Assembly (NCBI GenBank): GCA_001643675.2
Contig: LSRY02000017.1
Span: forward strand, 806,001-870,000
Direction: 5' to 3'
Length of the DNA stretch: 64,000 bases
Source of the DNA: Monocercomonoides exilis PA203
Lineage: Eukaryota; Protista; Preaxostyla
The notes under the pieces were generated by a model that worked only from the letters and a program-made list of their open reading frames with translations, had not been told where the DNA came from and ran no database searches. Of the stretch, positions 1 through 13,874 are shown piece by piece (the stretch's first letter is position 1; each line of letters opens with the position of its first letter). Made by a program: the position numbers and the translations under genes.

Positions 1-2130
1 TCCCCGAAAGCTTTTGCACCTTATCATCCAGCGCCGACTTGTCGTCTTCACAACTGCGCTGTTTTCAGAATGAGTAAGAAGATGTCCTCGGCAAGCAGCA
101 TCACACGCATCCATCTACAGTAGGTACAGGTTGAAGAAATCTCCGCCCTCATATGCCCACAGCACTGACATTAAATATGGCAGACAGCATCAAAACAACC
201 AACATGCGTCTCAGAAGATCCGCAGGGACAGCACCGGTGGAGTCTGCGGATAGCACACACAGAAGAGACTCCAACTCCGAGTGCGTGATCCCTTTGCACT
301 CTACCCCCGATGAAGACGACGACGATGATGATGAAGTCGATGAAACGCCACTGCATATCGCATCATACAACGCCCTCATCGCTTCCTTTCGCTTCGCTGC
401 CTCGGCCCGGTAGTAGTTCAGCAGAAACCCCAGAAACACTTACGTGTCTGCTTCTTTCTTCTCTGACTGTTTCTTCTCAAACTCTCCCAAAAACGTCTTG
501 ATTTTCTTCTCCGCTTCCCTTTTAAGCACGATGCTGAAGAACAAGAAGAACGACAGCTTGTCTTCATTGAACTCCTCCCTCCCAAATTCCCCAAACAGCC
601 ACATCTCAGTAAAGTTCAACAAGAAAAGCATCATCCCAATGGATCATCACCTTCTAGACAACATCGTTCTTCTTCTGATTCTCAATCGCCTCCTTGAACA
701 GCACCTTCTGCTCTCAGATCGTCTGCTCCTTCACTTTCAACTGCGCCATCAGCTTCTTCGTTTCCTTCTCTATCTTGTTCATCTTCTGCTGCACCGTTGC
801 ATCAGCTCTTCCACCACCACCCCAGCTGCCTTTCCCACTTCTATTTGCCCCAACGCATTTCTTCTCCAATTTCTCGCTGATCATAGATCTCGTTCCATCA
901 CTTCCACCACCTCCACCACCACCGCTGTTTGCTTCTCCCAAGGCACTCACCTCACTCTCCACTTTCACAACAACCCCTTTCAAGATCGGGTCTAGCCCAA
1001 GCATCACAGCATTTCCATCATTGATGATCGATGCAATCTTCTCCTAGCACTTTTCACACTGCCCCAACAGCAAAATCAACGACGCCGAAGATGGAACCAC
1101 CACAACTCCTGCAGAGGTCATAAAAGAAGGCGTGGCAAGCACAGCTGACGACCTATCAGTCACCGCATGCCATCCACACTCGCCACTCCTTCTGGCTGAG
1201 CTCATCACTTCTTCTCCTTCTCAATCCCCACACCAATCAACCTCGCCTTCTTTTTCTTCACCTCCAGCTGCTCCAGAGCTCGTTTGCATCTGAGTTGTTC
1301 TTCTCGCTCAGCTCCAGAATCATCCTCTCACGCATCTAATTGATCTTCTCCTTCTCCTGCACCTGCTCCTCTCGCCGGCTCTTCCGGTTCGATGTCTGCT
1401 CGTTGTCTCAGATCTTTTGCAGCAAAATGTTGAACTCCTAATTCCTCTTCTCCATCCTTTGCTTCGCTTTCTCGTGTTGCTCCTTCGGCTCTTGAATCTG
1501 CTGCCTCAGCTCCTCCTTCTACACCTCCAGCTCCGCCAGATGCGCCTCGTTATTCCCGCATGTCTCACTCAGCATCTGCACCGCTTTCCTCGACTGCAGC
1601 GAGTTAATCAACATCAGCTCAATCACCAAAGGCAGCAAAGACGGATAAAACAGATCACGAACGTTGGGAACGCGTTCACAACCTTCGGAGCAAAGACCAA
1701 ATTGCGTACCGACTTCGCCCCCATTGACGCCGTAAGCGAAGGAAGCGTAACCACAAGTGGAAACGAAAGCATTCCCTAAAGCACCATATTATGTACCTGC
1801 AACACACGGTCTATGCAGCACCTCACTCCATGTCAGAGTGGAAATTTTCAGTGTCTTTGGCGCAGGCTGCGATTGAAACAGGAGCACCGATGGAGATATG
1901 TGCTGCGTAGACACCTCAGCTGACTCTATTATTTAAATCCGCGTCTGCCTATCGTTGATGCCCTTCGCTGCTTTCGACGTGTATGACTTTTCCTCCACCG
2001 ATGCATCCGAAGGATCAATTTCAGGAGTTGAAGATGGTGCTGATGAATGCTCATTCTTTACCGTCTTCTTCTCTACGCTTCTTTGCCTACGAAATGGAGA
2101 AGCAGACCGACATACTGCTCCAGAGAAACA
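1..2130 (-). pseudogene. Degraded hypothetical gene (coiled-coil/low-complexity), runs off the window start
   Basis: Coding-like composition. Minus ORFs 440..634 and 149..439 are in the same frame, separated only by TAA. More stops and frameshifts occur in 700-2130. The 5' part is paralogous to 44300-44490. Confidence 0.45.
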
Positions 2131-3439
2131 TGGGAATTCGAAGAAGATACAAAACGTTGAAAAGACAGTTGCGTTTTATAGTGTGAAAGAGGTTTATTTG
2201 AAATCAGCTATCATACAAATTGATAGAACATCGTCGGAACAAAGAATACATTTGCGTTCAAATCAGAAAGGATCAGTTATCCATAAAAGCTATTTATTAG
2301 AGAGTTTTGAAAAAGGATGAAACAAAGTTTATTTAGGCTTTGCATTGAAAAGGAATGGAAAAGATGAGCAAAAAATATATGTGGAAACAAAAGCGACTGT
2401 TGAAATGATTCAGGATTTAAATCTGAAATCAGAACAGTATGCTTTTTTGCATTTAAAATAAAAGTGCTTTTCTGTTGAAAATGAACAGTTATTATTCGTT
2501 TTCTCAGTTGTAATTGCTGTAATAGTTCTTTGAGTTTAACTTCTTTCGTATTATTCAGAATTAATTCCCAATGCAGTAGTGGATTATCTTTGAACAAAAG
2601 TAACAAAAAAATATTCCAAGATAAGAAACTGTTTGTCTCTTCGTTTTCCAAACAAAGTGAAATGAATAAAAATAAGCAACAATTCAAAAAATCAGAATAA
2701 TTATGCAAATAAATGAAAGGATAAAAACGAAAATAAATGAATTACACGTTTTGTCTCAAATAACTGAAAAAAGGATATTAACCAATGCTTATCCGACAAA
2801 AAAGTTAGAAGTTTATATGAAATCTATCTTAATGAAACTTAATACTACTGGATAAGCGGTAAAATAACAAACATGAAGTATTTCTATATATATTATGGAA
2901 ACGGAATGATCAAAATATTTTGATCATTTTTGATCATTTGTGGGACAAAATTAAACTCGAGGAACTTTTCAAAAGAATTTTGCCATATGTCGAGAGTTGT
3001 TCTGTTTTTCGAAAAGCAAGACAAATTTTAAAATATTGGAAAATAAAATATGGGGAGAAATTTTTTCATTTATGTAAAAAATCATGTTTTGTTCCAAACT
3101 TATTGTTCATACATATCATAATGTATATTATATTATTATGCAAAAAAATATTTGAAATGGAATCCATAATTATAATTTATTTTAATATTTGAAAACAAGC
3201 GTGATATTTAAAGAAATAACAGAAAAAGACATGTAAAATGTGTGATTATTATTTTTGCCTTTGTATTTAGATGCGTTGAACGTGAATAGAAGTTTCATAG
3301 AATTGTCAATGCTACGGGCATTTATTTCAAATGAACGGTAAATATTTACGCAAAATTATTGTATCTGCTTTCGGATAACTTATGCATACAAACGGAAAAC
3401 TCTATGAGGACATTAAAACAAAAAGATTTACGAATACAA

Positions 3440-6400
3440 AAAATTTTCAGGAAGGATTTTTCAGAAGAAGAAAGATAATAATCTGTTTGGAAATAATCAT
3501 CTTTATTCCTTCGTCTTCTTCTTTCTCTTCATCATCTTTAACATTTTCATCATCAAAGCCAACACATCACCCAATTCATTCCTCCGCCCTCTCCAACTAC
3601 AACACTTAAGCCACTATCATCGTCTGCGACTTCGCCTTTGTCTCTTCTCTTCTAGCACACTTCTGCTTCCCTGTCACTACTCTCCTTTCTCCCTGTCTTC
3701 ACTCTCTCTGAGATATCTGCATTTGCTGAGAGCTCTTGTTCTTCACATACTTGTTCAGCACTTCCTGCAAATGAATTGATGGAGTATGTCTCGCTCCGTT
3801 TAATAGATGAGAAGAATGACACGACAATAATACTGCTGCTGATTGCACTTTGATGTTTCATCGTGTTAAATGGGCTTGTGCTGTTTGCAGTGGGGAAGAT
3901 ATCTTTTCGGAAGAAGAAGAAGGAGAAGAAGGAGAAGGAAGAGAAGAAGAAGATGGAGGAAGAGAATTTGAAATATCATCCGGAAGAAGAATGGAAGAAC
4001 GATCGGGTAAAGACTCAATTGAAGGAAGAATAGAGGAAGGATCAGGAAGAGGGAGAGAAGAAGAAGAAGAAGAAGAAGAAGAAGAAGAAGAAGAAGAAGA
4101 AGAAGAAGAAGAAGAAGAATGAGAAGTTTGTGAATGTTGATAAAATTGTGAAGTGTTTTTTCGAAGGAAGAGGAAGAAAATGGTTTTCGAAAGAGGAAGG
4201 AAAAGAAGAAGGAAAAGAAGAAGAAGAAGAAGAAGAAGAAGAAGAAGAAGAAGAAGAAGAAGAAGGAGGAGGAGGAGGAGGAGGAGGAGGGGAAGGAGAA
4301 GGAGAAGGAGAAGATGATGATGAATATGCTTGTGTAACTGTGCATGCCACAACAGATAAATACACCCCCATCCACTTTTCATTCATCTCTCTGTTTTGAG
4401 TGCACAGCAACTCTTCTGGCTCGAGGAGCAGCCAGCCAAACCCAATCTGTGTCAAATACTTCTCCAAAAGCAAAAGATGTGACTTATGCTCAGCAACATC
4501 GGGACGAATGGAATAAAAACAGGACAAAGCGAGAGAACAATGGGAAGCAACGTAGCTGGGTGCTTTTGTCGAAGAAAGTTGAACACCACAAAATGACTGC
4601 GAAATGATCGTATTGAATGCATCTTCTGGTGAAATTGGAATAGATGGAAGCGAAATTGTGGAAAAGGATGAATCTGAAGCAAAAAGAGGAGTCGGCTTCG
4701 TTCCTTTCAAAATCATAAGAATGGAGAGAGAAGCAGACGCAGACGGAGATGGTACATTATACAGACAAGAAATGAGAGAAGTCAACAACGCTATTGCTTC
4801 TTCACTCGGAACCGGAGGCAGCTCATCCTGGCAAGCACTGTAACCATCCAGAGGAGCAAGATAATACAGCGACTTCACTGCAAATGTCCACTTTCCCGAC
4901 TGTATTGACAGAGAAGGAGAAAGAAAGTCCTGGCAGCGCTGAGGGTTATTGGCAAGGAGGAGCAGCCAAGAGCAAACAGGAGACATAAAGCAAGCATCGC
5001 GCAGGAAGGCGAACAGAGGGACGAATTGAATGGCTCTCTTCAACTTGGCAAGCAGAAGATCGAGCAGCGATGTGAAGGAGAAGAAGAGCTGCTGGAGCAG
5101 CATGGAGAGGTGTTGCTGTGACAGAGAGGAGTCTGCTTTGGACAAATACACTGAGACTGACTTCAGAACAACCGAAGGGGCGCAGAGGAGCACGCGGAAA
5201 AATTACAGGCGCAGCTGAGTGTCTTCGCAGCGTAAGAGAAAGGCCTTCGCAATCGATGGAGCGCCTGCAATGTCTTCCGCACCTAGATTGTTCAGCTCCG
5301 CAGCAGTCATTGCATACACTGCGGTGGATGCGGTTGAACTCTTCTTGTTTTGCTTCAGGGAAAGGCAGGCGTCTCGCTCTTTCGCTTCTCCGCTGAGCAA
5401 CTCAGTTGTGATGTGCTTGATCAGTTTGAACGACAAGTCTGGCGAGCTGACAAGAATCTGCTCCAACTCCATGTTCAACTGCATAAATACCGCATGATGC
5501 ACTGAATGGGAGAAGGTGTGAAGCATAAAACGCACCCAGAAAAACATAAAGTCGCGAGAAAAGGTCGGATCTGCCTTTTGCACATTCGGAACACGCATAG
5601 CCATGGAAGATGATGCAGAAAAGGATGAAGATGATGAGCTTTTGCCAGCAAGTTTCGTTTTAATCAATGATGAGGTAGGTGTTGCAGATGAAGCTCCAGT
5701 TGACGATGATCTGGGATTAGTGACTGTTGTTGCTGCTTCCTCCTGTTCAGCATATTGTTCGAATCCAAACTGCTTAAACAGCCTTCTCACAAACGCAAAA
5801 AACGTGTTTGAGAAGATCTGCCTGTCTCTCACGATGCCCAGCTGCCTCACCAACACACTCTCATCCACATTGCTCATCCCGTCTGAAGACGATTTCATTG
5901 GCGAATGCTCTGTCAAAGCGGAATCTGCGAACACATCGTTATTTAAAGGAAAACGCATCTTCAGCTGAGACGAGTGGGGAGGTGGAGGATGCATTGCGAA
6001 AAGAGGAAAAGAGCCGATTGCTTGTGATACAGTTGGAGGCAGATGGCTCCCTCATGTCATTTCTTTCAGCTTTGCCTGTGGAATCTGGCTGAGTAGCTGG
6101 CGTTAGAGGCTCCAGTCGTCCACAGGCTGCTTCCTCTCGTAGATGAGGATGCATGCCGAGTACGGCTTGACCGTGTCTGCCTCGCTCAGCAGGCTCAGGC
6201 GTTTTTTCTTGAGAATCTCGGGATCAATCAGCGCGGTGTCGTACAGGAAGCTTTCGCCAAAGGCCTCTGCTTTCAATGTCTCCACAGCAGGAGAAGGGAG
6301 CAGCCTAACTCTGTCGTCGTTGAACTCATGCCACTGATGCGGCGCATCTCTTTCCCGTGCAAATGAGATGAAGTGTCCTGCATTTGCTGTCCCAGAGTGG

Positions 6401-9400
6401 TTGATGATGCCCTGCAGACGGTATTTGTTGTAGTTCTCCGGACGCAGCTTGTCTTTGCTTTCGTTGTTATGCGGCACCTGCAGATTCTTCAGATTCTCTT
6501 TGCGTCCAATCTTTTCCAACATGATTGCTGTGTCAGCTTTGGAAAACCGCTTCATACTGCTCAGTTTTTCTTCCCTCACCTGCATTGCCTCCCACGTAAA
6601 TGGCTTAAGATCCAAGTCCTCCTCAATGGGTAACTCAAACTTGTCGTTGATATTCACTCTGTTCCCGGTCGGCGGCTGGTAGTCAAAACGCCTGAGGAGA
6701 ATAACGAGTGTGTTTGGCAGGTCTCTCAGAACTGTCCGGTTGATCACATCAACATTATGATCCTTGTCACACTCTTCGCATTCGTAATTCCCAATCTTCG
6801 ATCCAACTACTATCTAAGGCAACGATTCCACAAGGCTATTCTTCCCTTTCACTTTTTCCTCAAGCGCATAGAAGCCATCCGAATGCCACCGCTCGTGCCC
6901 GCATCTGCAGACATGCAGGTTCATCGTGTGGCCCTTCAAAAAGCGCCGGACATAGTTTGGAGCTGCACTTGTGTACAAATGCATCTCCAGCATGTCCACA
7001 AGACACATGAAGAACTCGTGGATGTCACAATGCACGCCATTCACCACCTTCTTCCTGTCCTGGTCGAGATACACCTCCAGAAACTGCTCAGCTTCAATGA
7101 ACTCCTTCCTGTTCGGGTTGTCCTACAGCTCCCAGAAGAGATAGCGTACAGCTCTCCACACAGCGCTGTTCCGCACTTTCTCCTCCTCTGTCACGCTGCG
7201 CAGCCGCATCTCTGCCATCTTCGCCTCCAGCTCGTCTGGTGGGCGTGTGCTTGTTTCTTTGCTCTTCTTCCACTCACTCAGCACAGCTGCTTGTGAAGGT
7301 CTTGCCAGCTTCTCCAGGGCGCTTCCTTGAAACTGCTCGCCTTCCCACAGAAGAAGCGTGGAGCGCAGCTGCGTGTGCATAAACAGCTGCACAAACAGAG
7401 AGTTCATATAGCAAAGTGTGCCTGGATTCACAATGCCTCTGTATTTAACCTCTTCGCTTTTCTCAACTTTCTTCTCCTTCTTGTGCGACTTTGCAATATT
7501 CTCGGCGGGTGTGAAGTGGAAAGACGGGTATGTCTTCTTGTCGTTCATCGTCTGCGTCTCGTTCAAAAGATGCAGCAGACGCTCGGTGTTTGCCTCGTTT
7601 CCGCTGCACAACGCAGCAATCAGACTCAAAATGGCCTTTCTGCTCTCTTCGTCTGCCACAAAATGGCTCTGAATGAGTTCCACTTCTGAGTTGCTACGTG
7701 AATGAGACAAAGTCAGCTTCCTCTGCGAATCGCACCGTGCAATGTTTGAAGGCAAATATGAAGTTGAAGAAGAAGCAGAAGCAGAGGGACTGCGCATCAT
7801 CTCTTTCCCAGCCATTCCTGGTGACGACGCACCCGTTGAAGCAGCAACAGCATCGAATCCAGTGACCAGCTTGTCCATCCACAGATAATGAATGAGCATC
7901 AGCCCAAAGGACTTCACAGGCAGCTTCAAGCCAACTTCTGTTTTGATCCATCTTTCCAGTTTTCTCAGGTTAATTTCTGTTGTCGGGTTGGATGCGCAAT
8001 GAAGCTGAGAAAGCTCATTCAGAATGACTGTCAACGCCGCTGAGACAGGCAGAAGAGACAGCTGGCGCTTCTTTGTGAGAGTGTTCAGAGAAGACAATGA
8101 AGAGGAAGGGGAAGTGGTAGAGGAAGAAGAAGGTGATGCTCCTGACAATTCATTGATGTACTTATCATCATCATTATCATCATCATTTCCCACTAACAGA
8201 TACCTCGGAACATCCATAATCACATCCGCCTGATATTTTATAACGGCGCCAAGAGACTTAGCCACCCTTGCTGGTATTATCCCTGGCCACTTCATGTTTA
8301 TTTCACTATTGTTCAGTGCAGAATTCAGCAGCTCAAAGAGCGAAGAGAACAAGACAGCAACATGGCGCTTCTGCATTACCTGAGGCAAACAGGGCCTGCC
8401 GAGAACGATGGAGGCTGAGGAGATGTTCAGGAAGGAGGAGAGGAGAGAGACAAGAAGCGGCCAGTGTTGCGTGGAAGGGGAGCTGAAAGGTGAAAGAGCG
8501 TAGAGAGAATTGAAGAATGAAGAAGAAGAAGATGATGATGGAGGAGAAGGAGAAGAAACAGGTAGTGAAACAATGGCATTTAGAAAAGCAGAAGCAGAAA
8601 GTAGCTGAATTACATCAGCAGCGTCGGAGACAACGCAGAAGAAGAGAAGGAGAAATGTCTAGAAGGCGCTTGAAAGCAGAAGAGGAAGGACAGAAGAGGA
8701 GAAAGAGCGGATTATCACGACGAGCAAAGCAAACAACTGTTGAATGGTTTCTTCGTCGCTTTCTGAACAAGAAGGAAGAGTTTCAGATGAAGCAGAGTTG
8801 GACTGCTGTGAGAAATGGCCGAAGGAGGAAAACAAGGAAGAGGAGGAAGAAGATGATGATAATGAGGAGGAGGAGGAGGAGGAGACAGAATGTGAAGATA
8901 AGTCATTTGAAGAGAAGCTGACAAGAACTCTTGCTAAATCCAGATAAGATTCAATGAGTGTTGTTGATGAAACATCTGGCCTCTTTACCAAAGAATAATC
9001 AGGAGCAGATGCAGAAGAAGAGGAAGGAGAAGAAAAAGGAAATAGCAGAAGATCGAAAGTTTCCTCGAAAGGAGTGAGAAGCACACAGAACAGAGCGAAA
9101 AGCGCGCGAAAGAGAGAAAAAGAAGATGGAACTTGTGATGGACAGCGACGACACACTCGCAAAAGAGGCACAGATGATAGCGATGGCAGAGAACCCGCTT
9201 CTTGCACGCATTCTGATGCAGCTGGTGAATCAATACGGCAAAATCTAGATGATCTCCCCGAAGAAAAAGTCAGGTGTGGCCAGAGAGATAAGCGAAGGGA
9301 CTATTTCTTTTGAGACGGAAAAGAAAAGCAGGCTATCTCAAATAGAAAGCGGATCAATGCAATCGATTTCGTCTGCCTCTCGTTCGTTTGATTCGCCAAC

Positions 9401-10660
9401 TTCTTCAATTCCCAGGCAGCCTTCATCATCTTCTGCGCAAATGTCGAATTGTTTTTCTCCTTCTTCATCATTTTCACCTTTGTCTTCGTTTTTTCATTCT
9501 TCTTTTCCTTTTTCTGCTTCTTCACCTTCTCCTCCATAATCATTTTTTCATTTTTCCTTGTCTTCTCCACTTCTTGCTTCTTTATTTCTTTCAACTCCTT
9601 CAACTCCTTCCTCTTCATCCCCGGCATCACCTTCAGATGGAATATCTCCAACTTCTCAGGATTTTGAGTCTCCACCCCTTGACAAAATACACCAATTATT
9701 TTTCAAACTCAATCGGCACCTCGTTCGAGTTCCTGGTCCAAATGCCAAGGATTTTCTCATTCATAAGGAGGAGAAAATGCTCATTCATCATTGGACTCCT
9801 CGACTTCATTTGGGATGTCTTATCTTCTTTTCCCACAGACTGGACCACTTCCAATTTCACAGCAGATCCCATCAAATCGATACAATCGACATCTACAAGG
9901 ATCATCTTCACAGGGTGTGTCTGTTGGGAATGTTATGCCACTGGGTGCGTCTTCTGCGTCATCTGTTTCATCTGCCTCTGTGGCTGAGCAGATTCCGTCT
10001 GTGATGCCCATCGCAAGCGTTGCTGGAAACCCTCCGCTGACAGACTTCACCATACTTCTAACACAAATGACGCAAGCTTTCCTGCCTCCTCCTTATCCCC
10101 CTCAAATAGCACCATTCTTTTCGCCTTCTGAGCTATTCAACCACACAAATCACTCATCACGCTCGACCTCTTCTGCTCTTTCATCCAATTCCTCCACGCC
10201 CTTTTCTTCTTCATAATCATCATATTCCTCCACTGCATCATCTCATCCACAAAATGAAAGCAATTTTCTTTCGAGTTCTCTGAAAACACCTCATCCAGCT
10301 GGATACCAAACTGATATGAACATCCAAAAACCATCAGCTTTCTGTTGTTTGTCTTCATCTGCAGCATCTGAATATTAAAGCATTAATAATAATTATAATA
10401 ATTACTGTAATAACAACAACATAAGCAGCAAGAAGACTTCATCAACCGAAATGAGCAAAGGAAAGGAAACAGAAGCTGATGGCAACGCAAACACTCAAAT
10501 CATCAACATAAACACTGCACAATCATCTCATGATTTATGATCCACTTCGCAAGAATCTTCTTCTTCTTCTTCCTTACCTTCTGCGCAACCTGCCTCCACC
10601 TTACATGATGGCCTATCCCTCAGCAGTTTATTCAGAATCGAGGAGAATTGATTAGTGTGA
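3440..10660 (-). pseudogene. Large ubiquitin carboxyl-terminal hydrolase (USP, peptidase C19; USP9/24/34-like) gene with multiple in-frame stops
   Basis: Cys box GIVNPGTLCYMNSLFVQLF (~7400-7438), CDIHEFF, zinc ribbon YECEEC, LPNTLVILLRRFDY, His box YRLQGIINHSGTANAGHFISF, WHEFNDD, and SACILIYER. ORFs 8659..9207, 7123..8388, 6814..7074, 6103..6747, 5203..5994 and 4042..5193 share one frame, broken by six stops. Outer limits are approximate. Confidence 0.85.
4056..4291. repeat. (GAA)n and (GGA)n microsatellites encoding poly-Ser/Pro in the USP pseudogene
   Basis: Two long GAA runs and a GGA run, read directly. Confidence 0.95.
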
Positions 10661-12429
10661 ACAATTACACATATCTGATGAGGTTCATATTTTATCGAGA
10701 AAAAAGGAAAAAAACAAAAAGGAAATACAAATGATTCACAAATCAAAAGTGTGTTTTTATTCACTGTATTTATATTGTAATTTACATTAATTATTTAGTT
10801 TTCCATAATTTTTTCCCATCAATAGCTTGATGATTGGAAACATTACTGACTTGCCTCGTGCAAGCAAAACTCGCAAAGTGGATAAGGTTTTAGAAGCTTT
10901 GGAGGCTACTTCGCCGTCTGATCCCGTGGGGTGTTTTCTTTATTATATTTTTCACTACAAAAAAGGAAAGCCTTTCCAAGAGGCAATCCAGACCCGCTTT
11001 GAAGGTTTGCTTATATATTTTTTTTCCATTAAACAAAAAATTAAATCTATTATGTTATTATAATTATAATATTTTCCAATATCTTTTTTTAAAGAAAAAT
11101 TTGCAAGTTCAATTCAAAATATCGGTGAAGTGCAGAAAAGAAGCCCCTTGAACCTTCGTGTTGAGCTTTTTCGTTGCGTTTCTTCGTCTTTTTCAATTAC
11201 GGAATTGAACAAAATCGGCTGGGACATAACTCCCGGTGAATATTGCTATTCACGGTAGAAAAACAAAGCCCCAGCACCATCTACTTAACCACTTAGTGAT
11301 TGCAGCGAAACAGAATTAAAAAGTTTTTTTAATCTTTATATTTTTAATAATTTTTCTTTCATTTTTCATAAAAAATACATTTTTTTGTAAATTATTAAAT
11401 GAAACATGTTTTTTTGAATGATATATTTTTAGATGAAAAAGAGTTTCGAATGGCAGAAAGCTGGCTTTTTAGCCATAGCCCTTGCAGCTGCAAAAACTCT
11501 AGAAGGAAAAAAACAAGTTTGATTATTGTTTAAGTATTATTCATTAAGTTTTTTGTTTCAAAAATTTAACTTAATTACTGATGTTGAATTATTTTATTAA
11601 CTTTCAGATTTCGTTACAAATGAAAAAAAACCAGAAGATATTGCGAAACGATTGAGCAATACAGTATGTTTTGAAAAAAATAAAAAAAGAAGAATTAGAA
11701 AAAGAAAATATAGAAAATAAAAAACAAAATGAAATGAAAAAAATAAAAAAAATAATTATAAAAGAAAACACAAACAATGAAAAAACAGAAACAAAAAAAA
11801 AAAAAAATAGAAAGAAGGATTAAATATAAAAGATGAAAAGATAATAAAAGATAATAATAAAAAAATTAAAAAAGAAAATAAACAATAAAAAGAAAAATTT
11901 ATAAATAATAATACAAAACACAAAAAAAGTGAAACAAATATTTTTTTAAATCATTTAATCCTAAAAAGCAAATATGAAAACTCAAATTCATTCATATCAA
12001 ATCAGATCATAACACCATCAACTTGTATCTATAAGAGCTCCAAGGCTGCATCGCTGTGTGCTGGGGGAGGCGTTGGGGCTGCATCGTTGTGTGCGGGGGG
12101 GAGCGTTGGAATATTGACAAAAACGAAAACAAATATTATCAAAAATGATTTTTACAATAAAATTGAAAAGAATAAAAGAAAAGATAGAAAAGAAAAATAT
12201 GAGAAAAATGAAGAATATGAAAATAAAGGAAAAAATAAACATAATTTAAAAGAAAAAAATGATAATATAAAATATGCACATATAGAAAATAATAATAATA
12301 AATTATGTTTTTTTAATAATAACCATTTGAGTTATAAATTTTCTTTACAAAATTTTTATTCAAATGTTATTTTATGTCATCTTGATATTAACAATCATTC
12401 GTGCTTCCATACTTGCGCTGGTGGATTTC

Positions 12430-12545
12430 AGGCTGCGAGCGTAGCTGGTTCAGAAGGATTTTGGGATGTCAGAGAGGCTGGTTCAGAAGGATTTGGGGCA
12501 GCGAGCGTAGCTGGTTCAGATGGATTGGGTGCAACGAGCAAGGCC
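12430..12545 (+). repeat. Three imperfect ~30-33 bp tandem units (core GCTGGTTCAGA(A/T)GGATT, encoding AGSEGF-like repeats)
   Basis: GCTGGTTCAGA occurs three times at about 12445, 12477 and 12510. Confidence 0.8.
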
Positions 12546-13786
12546 TACGTGTTTTGAGCTTGAGGTGCAAGGGATGCTTGTGGGCTTGGAGCTGGAGGTG
12601 CAAGTGATGCTGAAGTTTTTAATGATGAAACTGTTATGGGAGAAGAGTTGGATGGAGGAGAAGATGGAATGGAAGGAGAGTTGAATGATGGAGAAATTTT
12701 GATTGAAGGAGAACTGGAAGGAGGGAGGGATGTTGAAAAATTTGATGTGAATATGGAAAAGGATGTTTGTTTGTTGGAAAAGATGGAAAGAAAAAGAAAA
12801 GGCTTTAAAGTTTTTTCTCCAAATGAAAAAAGATTAATAGAAAAGACAAAAAAAGATTTATTTAATGAAATGAAGAAAGTAGTTGAAGTCAAAATGTCCT
12901 ACTCAACATTTTGCAAGAAAACAAGAATTTTTAAAAAATCAAAGAAAAGGACAGATTTGTGTGAGATTTGTGAGAGAGAGATTTTTTTAGAAAAGAAAAA
13001 GAAAGAAATAGAAAGAAAAGGACTTAAATTGGGCCAAACTGAAGATGATGAATTGAATTTAATAATTCATCATTGAAAAATGGCCCAACATCAAAGAAAT
13101 TTTTTTTATGAGAAGAAATAAAATTCAAAAAAAAAAGAAGTAATTATTTCAATGGATTTCAAAGAAATTTGGTGTTGAACAATTTCTAATTATGAAACCG
13201 GTTAATCATTTTTTAATAAGAAACAAATTTCACATTTGTGTTTTGTTGTTTTTAATGTTGATAATTTCGGAAATCAAAAAAAAAATTTTGTTTTAATTAT
13301 TTTTCTGAAATTTTATCTCATAATTATTGTTTTGAATGTGAATGTTTGAAACAACTAAAACATTTTTTTTTTTTTTGTTAATTCCTTTAACTTTTTTTTG
13401 CGACAATGGGCCGCATTTTCGTAATTCTCATGTTTTGAATTTAATATTTTCTGATAATTCTTTTTTGTTAAAAAATTAACGTTGTTCACTTTCATTTTTT
13501 GCTGAACATCACGGAAAAAATGAATGAGATAGTGAGTTTGGTTTTTTAACAAATTTAATTAATAATAAACTTGGCAATAGAGTTTTTAAAAAAATATTTT
13601 TTATTTAATTGATTTTTTTTGTTATAATTGTAATTCTTATAATTTAACACAAATTCCGATAATTCTTCTTTTTTCATTTCTGATTCTTTAAATAGTAACT
13701 TTAATTATTCTTCTAATAATTTTTCTTCTTCTCAAAATCGGGTTAAAAAGAATAATGGAACGAAGCATTATTTTTTAAGGTTTGAA

Positions 13787-13787
13787 T

Positions 13788-13873
<86 letters not shown>
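13787..13873. repeat. (ATTT)n microsatellite inside a probable intron
   Basis: About 21 ATTT units between gtttg and tttag. Confidence 0.95.

Positions 13874-13874
<1 letters not shown>

Noticed and set aside
2785-3382. Small inverted motifs GCTTATCCG / CGGATAA suggesting a MITE
   Set aside because: Matches are only 7-11 bp with no consistent termini or TSD.
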